Positions 13,025 through 23,550 of a stretch of 30,544 nucleotides of DNA are shown here, piece after piece. The notes under the pieces were generated by a model. That model made no database searches, had not been told where the DNA came from, and saw nothing but the letters and a program-made list of their open reading frames with translations. The number at the start of each line of letters is the position of its first letter. The stretch's first letter is position 1. Source of the DNA: Octopus sinensis (lineage: Eukaryota); the NCBI RefSeq assembly GCF_006345805.1, contig NW_021832459.1:1-30544 (forward strand), given 5' to 3'. A program made the position numbers and the translations under genes.

Positions 13025-13393
13025 GAGCACCTTTTCAAACTTCACCCGTCTAACACCCGTGGACATATTTACAAAGTCAGAAAACAGAACAGCTCCCATG
13101 ACTTTCGGAAACATTTTTTCACGCTGAGAGTTGCTGAAGCATGGAACAAACTGCCGGCATCAGTTGTTAGTTTTCAGAGCAGTGCATCCTTCAAAACTTC
13201 CATGCTTCCTGAGATTCGCCAACACTACACCTGATTTTCTCCCCTCCATACACACACAAGTATGTATCTGACTCATACATTGTTCGCTTTCCAGACATTT
13301 TTACACTACTGCATATACTCTATACACACTTTCTGACAAGTTGTGGTGCACCTGAGCACTGTATACAATAATTTCATTATCATTATTATTATT
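13025..13393 (+). mobile_element. CR1-clade LINE 3' fragment
   Basis: EHLFKLHPSNTRGHIYKVRKQNSSHDFRKHFFTLRVAEAWNKLPASVVSFQSSASFKTSMLPEIRQHYT* (stop at 13232-13234). TRGH..K..R..FF..RV...WN.LP is the CR1 C-terminal signature. 3' UTR ends in (ATT)n. Confidence 0.9.
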
Positions 13394-13776
13394 CTATGTT
13401 TGACTTTTGCTTTATGTCTGTACAAGTTGGCTCCAAATCTCACCCAGAGACCTCAAGAGACAACAGGCTGGAAGTTCACGTTGTTGTTATGCCTAGTGTG
13501 CCATATATTTGGGTTTGTTTTTTTTTGATGTTGTACAAGTGAATGTCTAATAAAAAAAAAAAAGTTTGTTTTAAACCTTGGGATTACATAGAAAGTATTT
13601 TGCAGTTCCCATGAGCACTATCTTTTGAATATCTGCCATTTTGGGGTTTCCTGGTATTAATATTATTATTATTATTATTATTATTATGAGGATGAGGACG
13701 GCGGCGGCGGATGGAGGAAATGCTAAGGGGTTAAGCAAGTGTCTTGTCTTCTATACTCATATACTTCTCTATATAT

Positions 13777-14186
13777 GAGACAGTGCAAGAAAATGTTTAA
13801 GTAATAGTTATTATAGAGAAGATATGCAATACAAAAGTGAAGTAGAGGAATGGAAACAGACGTGAGATACGTAAGGATATTGTGTTTTCAGTCCCATTAT
13901 TTAAGCAGAATGGTGTATAAATAAGTTTCCTGTACCTCTATACACCATTCTGCTTAAATAATGGGACTGAAAATACAATATCCTTACATCTCTCACATCT
14001 GTTTGCATTCCTCTACTTCACTATGTATTTCATATCTTCTCTATAATAAATATTACTTAAACATTTTCTCGCACTGTCTCTGATGAAGGGATATATAAAA
14101 TATCCTGGAAACAGCTGTAAGACATTCTTTTTATAAATGTTCTGAAAACTATTCACAGCCTTGGGTTTTTTATCTCATTCTGTTAA

Positions 14187-14195
<9 letters not shown>
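13777..14195 (+). mobile_element. Fold-back Penelope-like (PLE) pseudo-LTR fragment: ~143-bp inverted arms plus hammerhead plus tail
   Basis: 13777-13919 is the reverse complement of 13939-14080 (19-nt loop, several mismatches). The hammerhead follows directly, then an AT-rich tail running into (TA)n. The PLE assignment rests on the known PLE/hammerhead/inverted-pLTR association. No PLE ORF is visible. Confidence 0.7.
14075..14124 (+). ncRNA. Minimal type I hammerhead ribozyme motif
   Basis: TGTCT CTGATGA A GGGATAT ATAAA ATATCCT G GAAA CAGCTG TA^AGACA. Helix I is TGTCT/AGACA, helix II is 7 bp closed by an A.G mismatch, helix III is the palindrome ACAGCTGT. Predicted cleavage after 14119. Confidence 0.8.
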
Positions 14196-14218
<23 letters not shown>

Positions 14219-14615
14219 TCTTTTACTCTTTTACTTGTTTCAGTCATTTGACTGCGGCCATGCTGGAGCACCGCCTTTAGTCGAGCAAATCGACCCCGGG
14301 ACTTATTCTTTGTAGGCCCAGTACTTATTCTATCGGTCTCTTTTGCCAAACCGCTAAGTGACGGGGACGTAAACACACCAGCATCGGTTGTCAAGCAATG
14401 CTAGGGGGACAAACACAGACATACACGCACACATATATATATATATATACATATATACGACAGGCTTCTTTCAGTTTTCGTCTACCAAATCCACTCACAA
14501 GGCATTGGTCAGCCTGGGGCTATAGTAGAAGACACTTGCCCAAGGTGCCACGCAGTGGGACTGAACCAGGAACTGTGTGGTTGGTTAGCAAGCTACTTAC
14601 CACACAGCCACTCCT
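14219..14615 (-). mobile_element. Family-A CORE-type SINE, near full length
   Basis: Complete head, CORE-like segment, internal (TA)/(CA) and the TTTTACTCTTTTAC tail. Confidence 0.92.
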
Positions 14616-15414
14616 ATACATACTTATCCTTCAAACATATATTCACACACACATACATGTTTCAAACACACACACACACACATTTCAAACATAAGTAATC
14701 TACAATAGAGATGCATCCCTTCTGGTTAATAAGCCTCACACTATGTCATGAAACAAAGATGGTCACTTGTTTGTCGCAGAAAATGTCAATTCGATTCACC
14801 TCTGTCTCCCATTTAAATACATTAGGAGCCACTAATGGCAGCAGCAGGAGGGGTTAAAGTGCTAAATCACTGCATCACAACTGCCACCTTGAAACTAAGC
14901 TCCTTAATCAATTCCTAGCTTACCTTGTCCCTTGTTAAAGGAATTCGATGGAAAAGAAGAATCTCTTTTCTGCAGCGAATGACAGGAGGTGGGACAAATG
15001 TGAACGGAATGAGTGAAGGAGAGTAAGCCAGTGAGACTGGCTCTGCTGTTCCTCTCCGTACTACCGTTTTAAACAGACACGTTTTGCCGTACACTGCCAT
15101 GAATTACTCTCCGTATATGTCACTGGAAAAACAGACACTAATCCTGTTATTCTGTTATCGGAGAGCAAAGAGAAGGGAAAGGTGTGTGGAAATTTTTCAA
15201 TCAATGCGCTAGAAATAACATCCCTAATTTCCCTCAAATTATACGTACCCTCCCATTTTAAAAATAGAATGACATGTTCTGTAATTTAGTTCTATGTTTA
15301 AATACGTTATGTCTGAAAAAGAGAGAAAAACGGAAAAAGGCAGAAATGATCAAGACTTGAACACCTTTGAAAGTAGATTGTGATTAAGAACTGACCCGGG
15401 GCTAAGTAACGGTA

Positions 15415-15865
15415 CATGGCTGTGTGTTTAAGAAGTTCACTTTGCAACCATGTGATTTCAGGTTCAGTCCTAATGCGTGGTACCTTGGGCAAGTGTCTTC
15501 AATTATAGCCCTGAGCTGATTGATGTATTGTGAGTGAATTTGGTAGATAGAAAATGTGTGGAAGCTACTTATGTGTATGTGTGTGTGTGTGTGTGTGAGT
15601 GTATGTACCCACATATCTGCGCACACGTGTGTGTGTGTATATATACAGTATATATACAGTATATATACACACACACAAACACACACACATATGCACATAC
15701 ATACATACATACATACTTGAGCATGTATGTGTGCTAGTTTTTGTCCCCATGCAGCTAGACAACCAGTGTTGGTTACTTTTTGTTCATGTAACTTAGCCAT
15801 TCAACAAAAGAGACTGACAGAATAACTACCAGGCTTAAAAATCTAAGTACTGGGGTCAATTAGCT
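15415..15865 (+). mobile_element. Older, diverged family-A-related SINE with an expanded internal microsatellite
   Basis: TGGCTGTGTG...GGTTCAGTCC...ACCTTGGGCAAGTGTCTTC...TAGACAACCAGTGTTGG...TACTGGGGTC. Confidence 0.8.
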
Positions 15866-15911
15866 GCAGTCCTATGACTAAGACAAATCAAAGAACGTGT
15901 GTATGTATATA

Positions 15912-16135
15912 CAGGGTTGGCCAAAAGTCACCCGACAAAAAATCAAAATTCTATAAATACTATCTGTAATACTGTATTGATTCGAATGAGAAAATGTGTT
16001 GCTCAAGAAAGACTTCAGTGTGAAAAATTTTCATGATGTTTCATATTTAGATGCTTTTATTAAATTCAATCAGTTGTTAAATATAAATAAATCTCGAAAT
16101 TAAATTAAACTGTCAAGTACTTTTGGCCAACATTG
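15912..16135. mobile_element. Tc1/mariner-type MITE
   Basis: TA|CAGGGTTGGCCAAAAGT ... ACTTTTGGCCAACATTG|TA: 17-bp TIRs with 2 mismatches and a TA TSD. Confidence 0.85.
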
Positions 16136-16153
16136 TATATGTATATACATATA

Positions 16154-16538
16154 GACGCAGGAGTGGCTGTGTGGTAAGTAGCTTGCTTACCAACCACATG
16201 GTTCCGGGTTCAGTCCCACCGAACTATAGCCTCGGGCCGACCAAAGCCTTGTGAGTGGATTTGGTAGACGGAAACTGAAAGAAGCCCGTCGTATATATGT
16301 GTATATATATATATGAGCGTGTATGTTTGTGTGTCTGTGTTTGTCCCCCTAGCATCGCTTGACAACCGATGCTGGTGTGTTTATGTCCCCGTCACTTAGC
16401 AGTTCGGCAAAAGAGACTGATAGAATAAGTACTGGGCTTACAAAGAATAAGTCCCGGGGTCGAGTTGCTCGATTAAAGGCGGTGCTCCAGCATGGCCGCA
16501 GTCAAAATGACTGAAACAAGTAAAAGAGTAAGAGAGTA
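16154..16538 (+). mobile_element. Family-A SINE lacking the CORE-like segment
   Basis: Near-consensus copy, but CAGTCCCACCGA joins directly to ACTATAGCC, deleting ~25 bp that includes TTGGGCAAGTG. Confidence 0.92.
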
Positions 16539-16584
16539 TATCACAGTATCAACCAGCTCATCAGATGCTGTTAAACATCACTGG

Positions 16585-17095
16585 TCACAATGCACTTCCA
16601 ATCTTATCTTGATTGCGCCATTCTTTGCCATCTTGAACCAATTTGCTTGACCAAATCCTCTTCTCATCATTGTGGAGACCTTCCAAGTGGCCATTTTTGA
16701 TCTTTTGGATATTACTCAGTAACTGTATGGGTCCACCTGTTTTCTGGTAACCTTGCGACATGCCCAGCCCAGTGGAACTTGTGCTTTTAGTACTCTACAC
16801 TTACGTCATTTACCCTGTGCCATTCTTAAATTGTCTCATTTCGAATGTGCCCTCTTAGTGATATCCATTGGATCTTTCTATGGCTCTTTGCATCATAGCT
16901 GATTGAGGTTCTATCCCCTCTGCAGTAGCCCATATTTTACATGCATATAAAAGAGTACTGGTAGGACTGTGCTATTGGAAAGTGTGGCATGCATAGCATA
17001 GTTTAGCTTTGTTTGGAGAAAGTTTTTGTTGAGTTAAATTCCTCCCATCCAACCCTTATATTCTTTGAGATTCCTGCATCCATATCTTGGTGCAT
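16585..17095 (-). mobile_element. Decayed RTE-clade LINE 3' fragment
   Basis: Minus strand gives, across frameshifts, STVLPVL..YAC(K)IWAT...MQRAIER...HIRNE...KFHWAGHVARLPENRWTHTVTE*YP...GRSP...W.RMAQSR.DW, typical RTE RT C-terminal motifs with many stops. Confidence 0.85.
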
Positions 17096-17114
17096 ATTCA
17101 CTGCGTGAATATGA

Positions 17115-17164
17115 TGTCTTACAGCTGTTTCCAGGATATTTTATGTATCTCTTCATCAGAGACA
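17115..17164 (-). ncRNA. Minimal type I hammerhead motif (copy with weakened helix II)
   Basis: Minus strand: TGTCT CTGATGA AGAGATAC ATAAA ATATCCTG GAAA CAGCTG TA^AGACA. Two helix-II substitutions relative to 14075-14124. Confidence 0.7.
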
Positions 17165-17462
17165 GTGCGAGAAAATGTTTAAGTAATATTTATTATAGAG
17201 AAGATATGAAATACATAGTGAAGTAGAGGAATGGAAACAGAAGTGAGATATGTAAGGATATTGTGTTTTCAGTCCCATTATTTAAGCCGAATGGTGTATA
17301 TAGGTACAGGAAACTTATTTATACACCATTCTGCTTAAATAATGGGACTGCAAACACAATATCCTTACGTATCTCACGTCTGTTTCCATTCCTCTACTTC
17401 ACTTTTGTATTGCATATCTTCTCTATAATAACTATTACTTAAACATTTTCTTGCACTGTCTC
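17115..17462 (-). mobile_element. Inverted second copy of the 13777-14124 fold-back/hammerhead unit
   Basis: The reverse complement matches 13777-14124 with about 10 substitutions and shares the same arm-specific variants. Confidence 0.9.
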
Positions 17463-17508
17463 ATATATAGAGGAGTATATGAGTATAGAAGACAAGACAC
17501 TTGCTTAA

Positions 17509-17733
17509 CCCCTTAGCATTTCGTCCAGTCATATTTGGCCCAAATAGTCTACCTGTTTTATGTCCAAACTGGGGCCAGATCTGCCTTCGCACACTAACCC
17601 TACAATGTCATTCTAAGGGTAAACAATCACATCATCAAGATTTCAATGTTCCATTGTAGTTCATGATTAACTCAAAACAATTTGATTATATAAGCATTGC
17701 ATTTGACAGAATAACCTGAATGCCAAATGCTTT
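17509..17733. mobile_element. piggyBac-type MITE (right end degenerate)
   Basis: Left end TTAA|CCCCTTAGCATT (TTAA target plus CCC terminus). The right end is only a partial match (GAATGCCAAATGCTTTA). Confidence 0.5.
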
Positions 17734-18229
17734 AGGTACCATACTGTGGGTTTGATCCCCAAAACTAAGTGGTTGGAAATAAACTTATTGACCTCACCGT
17801 CATGCTTTGCTAAGCATACTTCTCGACTATACAACCGTAGCTGAGGTCACAAATCTGTTTCTGGTTGCTGTTGTTGTTGCTAACGACTTTAAACCACATT
17901 TATTTCAAGAGTGTACTTGGCGCTAGCCAGGCCTAATGACCATTGTTTTTAACTGCTATTCCTGTTGTCTAATGATTGCACAGTCTACTGCTGCCGCAGT
18001 TGGGCTACCATATTCTAATCACCACTACTACCACCACCACCATCACCACCACTACCACAATGGTTGTAACTGTTGCTACTACTACTACTACTGCTGCTGC
18101 TGCCACCACTATGACTGCCACTATTACCACCACCACTATTACCATCATAAGCACAGCCTCCACCCTACTATCACCACCACTGCCACTTGCGTGTGTGCGT
18201 GCGTGCGTATGTGTGTGTGTGTGTGTGTG

Positions 18230-18560
18230 AAGGTGCATAGCTCAGTGGTTAGAGTGTTGGCTCACAATCACGAGGTTGTAAGTTCAGTTCCTGGACCAGG
18301 CTGTTTCTTGTGTTTTTGAGAAAAGCACTTTATTTCCTGTTGCTCCAAGTCACTCACCTGTAGAAACGAGTTGTGACAGTGTCACAGGTGCCAAGCTGTA
18401 TTGGCCTTTGTCTTTCTCTTGGATAACGCTAGTGAGATGGAGAGGAGAGGCTGGTATGCATGGGTGACTGTTGGTCTTCCATAAACAATGTTGCCTGAAC
18501 TTGTGCCTAGGAAGGGAAATTTCTAGGTGCAATCCCATGGTCATTCACGACTGAAGCAGG
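18230..18560 (+). mobile_element. tRNA-derived SINE (family D)
   Basis: A box TAGCTCAGTGG, B-box-like AGTTCAGTTCC, then TTGAGAAAAGCACTTTATTTC..GTTGCTCCA, similar to the 25328-25935 family head. Confidence 0.75.
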
Positions 18561-18659
18561 TTATTAATTAATATATATATATGTATACAAAAAATTCAGG
18601 GTGAATACTTGATAACTTTAATCACCTGTATATGCCAGTTAGTGGTGTAGGTGATAGGG

Positions 18660-19100
18660 TATATTTATCAAAAGAAAAACAGGATGCAAAGGATTTAGCG
18701 GTACATATGTTTCTGGCTTTATTAGACAGTTTATATCAATGCATAATTGATGTAACATGTATGTCAATAGCCTTCCTCAGCCGCACACAATTACCACACC
18801 AAAGACATGTATTACATTATAAGTTTGGGAAAAAGACGAGTGAAAAACGGTATGGACGCTTTGTTTTTGTTTTGGTGTCTCGCTCTGCTGTATACGACTC
18901 TGAAGATTTGCATCCCCAACGAAACTCGTCTTTTTCCCAAACTTATAATGTAATACATGTCTTTGGTGTGGTAATTGTGCGCGGTTGAGGAAGGCTATTG
19001 ACATACATGTTACATCAATTATGCATTGATATACACTGTCTAATAAAGCCAGAAACATATGTACTGCTAAATCCTTTGCATCCTGTTTTTCTTTTGATAA

Positions 19101-19105
<5 letters not shown>
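18660..19105. repeat. Near-perfect 182-bp inverted repeat with 82-bp spacer (fold-back element, probably PLE-derived)
   Basis: 18660-18841 versus the reverse complement of 18924-19105 shows about 4 mismatches. A hammerhead-like core spans the spacer/arm junction. The right arm runs into (TA)n. Confidence 0.9.
18900..18930 (+). ncRNA. Hammerhead-like core lacking helix I
   Basis: CTGAAGA T TTG CATCCC CAA C GAAA C TC G TC. Core, 3-bp helix II, 2-bp helix III and a GUC triplet are present, but the flanks (ACGACT / TTTTTC) cannot form helix I. Confidence 0.45.
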
Positions 19106-19155
<50 letters not shown>

Positions 19156-19157
19156 AC

Positions 19158-19540
19158 TTGTTGTTATTAAAGTTCTGTCCAAGTTTGGCCAGATGAGTTT
19201 TTTGTTATATTTATTTTTGCGTACAACAGCTGGTTCTTTTGGTCAAACTATTGTATCTCCAGCTGCTTCAGATGCCAAGATATTTTCCTGTTCTATATTT
19301 TAGTGATAATAGTAATAATAACATCAGCAAAAAAATACTTTAGGAACGAGAGCCAAGGCTTGGGTTCAATCTTCCACCAGGACACCTGATGAAGGCTGGA
19401 GAATAAATCAGCTGAAATGTTGTGGTAACAACAAACAAGATGAGGACACACAACCATCCAATGTAAATAATGTACCATTTTCCTGTTTTCTGAAAAAGCA
19501 ACGTTTTGGACTTACAACACTTATTGCATAATAGCAACAA
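19158..19540. mobile_element. MITE-like element with 12-bp TIRs carrying a nested hammerhead-bearing insert
   Basis: TTGTTGTTATTA ... TAATAGCAACAA. Its body (AAGTTTGGCCAGATG...GCTTCAGATGCCAAGATA) has a diverged relative at ~24950-25035, and TTGCATAATAGCAAC recurs at ~25260-25274. Confidence 0.55.
19381..19425 (+). ncRNA. Type I hammerhead motif, decayed
   Basis: GACAC CTGATGA A GGCTG GAGAATAAAT CAGCT GAAA TG TT^GTGG. Helix I is CAC/GTG, helix II is 5 bp after an extra A. Helix III would be the palindrome AACGTT if one C>T change is reverted. Confidence 0.6.
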
Positions 19541-19661
19541 TATATACATATGTAATTGACTTAATCCCTTTGTCTGTCCTTGTTTGTTCTCTCTGTGTTT
19601 AGCCCCCTGTGGGTAGTAAAGAAATAGATATATACATATATATATATATATACACACACAT

Positions 19662-19829
19662 GCAGGAGTGGCTGTGTGGTAAGTAGCTTGCTAACCAACC
19701 ACATGGTTCCAGGTTCAGTCCCACTGCTTGGTATCTTGGGCAAGTGTCTTCTGCTATAACCCCGGGCCGACCAATGCCTTGTGAGTGGATTCGGTAGACG
19801 GAAACTGAACGAAGCCTGTCGTATATGTT

Positions 19830-19864
<35 letters not shown>

Positions 19865-20078
19865 TTGTGTGTCTGTGTTTGTCCCCCTAGCATTGCTTGA
19901 CAACCGATGCTGGTGTGTTTACGTCCCTGTCACTTAGCGGTTCGGCAAAAGAGACCGATAGAATAAGTCCTGGGCTTACAAAGATTAAGTCCCAGGGTCG
20001 ATTTGCTCGACTAAAGGTGGTGCTCCAGCATGGCTGCAGTCAAATGACTGAAACAAGTAAAAGAGTAAAAGAGAGAGT
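19662..20078 (+). mobile_element. Family-A CORE-type SINE, near full length
   Basis: Complete head, body and AGTAAAAG tail. Confidence 0.92.
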
Positions 20079-20639
20079 ATGCATACATACATGCATACAT
20101 ACATAAAAATGGCATATATGTATAATTTATTTCTTGGTTTTGGAATAGGTTCAGAGTATTCCTACAGGTTGTTATAAGCAACTAAAAAGGGTCACCATCA
20201 GGAGATGCTTCTGGCCCTCAAAACACTGACACTCAGAATACCCATGCAACTCATGCCAGCAAGGTAAAAACAGATGTAATCCATTAATGACACATACATG
20301 ATATGCATATGCACACACACACACAGGGGCACACACACACACATCAGTACAGAGACATACATACACATCATACACACACACATAAACATATACATAAATA
20401 GACATATGATATAATCAATTATAAAATAATAAAACCTAAGAAAAAAAACACAGACAGTGAAATCAAATAAATCATCTGAAAAATTTTCAGCTAACACATT
20501 ATTTAGAGAAAAAAAAAAACATTTATTTTTATTTTGATTTTACATGAGGCCAGTGGTGGTGGGCGAGGCAGGATAATAATCCTTTCTCTCCCTCTTAATT
20601 TTCAGCCGGCTTTCACTTAACACATTCTACTAACTTCTT

Positions 20640-20670
20640 ATGCATATATATACACACTCACATACATATA

Positions 20671-20712
<42 letters not shown>

Positions 20713-20786
20713 TCACTTATATACACACATACATACTCGCATACACACATACATACTCACATACATATAAATATATACACACATAC

Positions 20787-20825
<39 letters not shown>

Positions 20826-21019
20826 TCTTATATATGTATGTGTACATATATATGCATGTATGTATGTACATTTTATATGTGAGTGTGTATATGCATATGA
20901 AGTTATATATACATATATAAACATATATGTGTGTATATATATATATTTATATACATATATATATATACACACACATATATGTTTATATATACTCATATGC
21001 ATATATAAATTTACAGATG

Positions 21020-21053
<34 letters not shown>

Positions 21054-21061
21054 TGTATATA

Positions 21062-21100
<39 letters not shown>
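20640..21100. repeat. Compound (TA)n/(CA)n/(TATG)n microsatellites
   Basis: Read directly from sequence. Confidence 0.9.
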
Positions 21101-21380
21101 CACAAACACACAGTCATACACACCCTGCTTCATCGTGTCATTGATTGTGTTTGATCTAGAAGGCTGTGCAATCTCTACTTGATGCACCTCCCTTATAATG
21201 TATCGGTTCGTTTGTTTGTTGACTAATTCCAGTTGAAATAAACAAATTTGTATCAACCTCATGGAAAGACCAATAGATAACAACAGCCTCACCCCTCCAT
21301 TCACAAACACACCCACTCACACACATATATACACTTTATACACATTTATATGTATATAAATGCATTCATTAATATATATA

Positions 21381-21424
<44 letters not shown>

Positions 21425-21426
<2 letters not shown>

Positions 21427-21825
21427 CTCTTTTACTCTTTTACTTGTTACAGTCATTTGACTGTGGCCATGCTGGAGCACCGCCTTTTAGTCGAGCAAAT
21501 CGACCCCGGGACTTATTCTTTGTAAGCCCAGTACTTATTCTATCGGTCTCTTTTTGCCGAACCGCTAAGTGATGAGGACGTAAACACACCAGCATCGGTT
21601 GTCAAGCAATGCTAGGGGGACAAACACAGACACACAAACACACACACATACATATATATATACATATATACGAAAGGCTTCTCTCAGTTTCCGTCTACCA
21701 AATCCACTCACAAGGCTTTGGTCGTCCCGGGGCTATAGTAGAAGACACTTGCCCAAGATGCCACGCAGTGGGACTGAACCCGGAACCATGTGGTTGCTAA
21801 GCAAACTACTTACCACACAGCCACT
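21425..21825 (-). mobile_element. Family-A CORE-type SINE, near full length
   Basis: Same architecture as 14219-14615. Confidence 0.92.
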
Positions 21826-21841
21826 TGTGTGTGTGTGTAAG

Positions 21842-21891
<50 letters not shown>

Positions 21892-22064
21892 AATATTAGG
21901 GAATAAATCCAAATTTACAGGGAAAAAAATCAGATTTAGGATTAAATCCAATTTTATAGTAAAATATTATATAATATTATTAGAGACAAACCACTATTTT
22001 GCAAAACAAACAAGGAAAGACTTAATCAATACATAAAATTTTAATAAAAAGTCAAAAAAAACCG

Positions 22065-22107
22065 CCACTACAATTGTTTCTTGTCCTAACCGACAATCTT
22101 CAGGTGG
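22065..22107 (-). ncRNA. Minimal type I hammerhead ribozyme motif
   Basis: Exact reverse complement of 23508-23550. Confidence 0.88.
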
Positions 22108-23507
22108 ACTTCCAATCTAAAATATCAATATTTTAAAATATAAAAATAATAATTTTAAAATAATTAAAGTATTAATGAAAAAATATAAATATATAATCTA
22201 TATATAACCTATATATAATCCATATATAATCAATATATAAACAATATATAAACTAAAATAAACCTTTCAACAATTAAATATAAAATATAAAATATAAAAC
22301 AAAACAAAAAATAAACTATATATACGCCCATACACATATAACTAATTATATATAACCATATCTAAATACATACACTAAATCACACACCTATATATATATC
22401 CCTATACATACACATAAAAACGTCTAGGCAACGATAAATAAATAAAATAGCCAAATACTTCAACACAATACTTATTCATACTCCCTCACACACACATACA
22501 ACCCACATTCCCGCTCTAGAAACGGACATCATTTAAAATTATGAATGGAGAAATGGAATAAATGGAATTAAAAATTATATTCACTTGGTAAAACGAACAC
22601 TACTTAAAAATTATGAATGAAACAATGCAATAAAACAACAGACATCGCAAATAGACACAAACTACTACGAATTCCTTAATAAAACTACCATGACAAACCA
22701 AAACTCACAAAAACATATAATGATAAAATCTCCCTTTACTAAACTCTATAACATACCTATATAGCAATCCCCCTAACCTAAACATTCACACACAAATACA
22801 CACACGTAAACCACACACCCACGACACATACAAATACCCACCTCACTCACACATACCTATACATACATATAAACCTCAACATACACTCCAAAAACCCACT
22901 CAACCCCACACAGACAAATAAACACATACATCCCCAAACCTATATAGCAAACCATAAACACATTCACACACAATATACATACGTAAAACAACACACATAT
23001 ACATATACATACTCACTAAACTCGATATATACAACAATATTAACACACCCACACTCACACAGAAATAAACTACACAACCAAAATACGCACACACTCACAC
23101 ACAATCCCACATACATAAACACTCCAAAGAAAAACAACATTATTACACACATATACGATATATAAAATACATCGTAAGTAACCAGAATATCAAAAATAAC
23201 AATATGACATAAGGAGAATAATATAATATATAGGTGTGTGATTTAGTGTATGTATTTAGATATGGTTATATATATTAGTTATATGTGTATGGGTGTATAT
23301 AGTTTTTTTTTGTTTTGTTTTATATTTTATATTTTATATTTGATTGTTGAAGGTTTATTTTAGTTTATATTTGTTTATATATTGATTATATATGGATTAT
23401 ATATAGGTTATATATAGATTATATATTTATATTTTTTCATTAATACTTTAATTATTTTAAAATTATTATTTTTATATTTTAAAATATTGATATTTTAGAT
23501 TGGAAGT

Positions 23508-23550
23508 CCACCTGAAGATTGTCGGTTAGGACAAGAAACAATTGTAGTGG
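23508..23550 (+). ncRNA. Minimal type I hammerhead ribozyme motif
   Basis: CCAC CTGAAGA TTGTC GGTTAG GACAA GAAA CAATTG TA^GTGG. Helix I is CCAC/GTGG, helix II is TTGTC/GACAA, helix III is the palindrome ACAATTGT, the core is intact and GUA cleavage is predicted after 23546. Confidence 0.88.

Noticed and set aside
16556-16566. CTGATGA on the minus strand (also at ~28157-28163)
   Set aside because: No helix II/GAAA/helix III context downstream.
18632-19154. Opposite-strand ORF pair encoding near-identical peptides (SKEKQDAKDLAVHMF...)
   Set aside because: A by-product of the 182-bp inverted repeat, with no coding signature.
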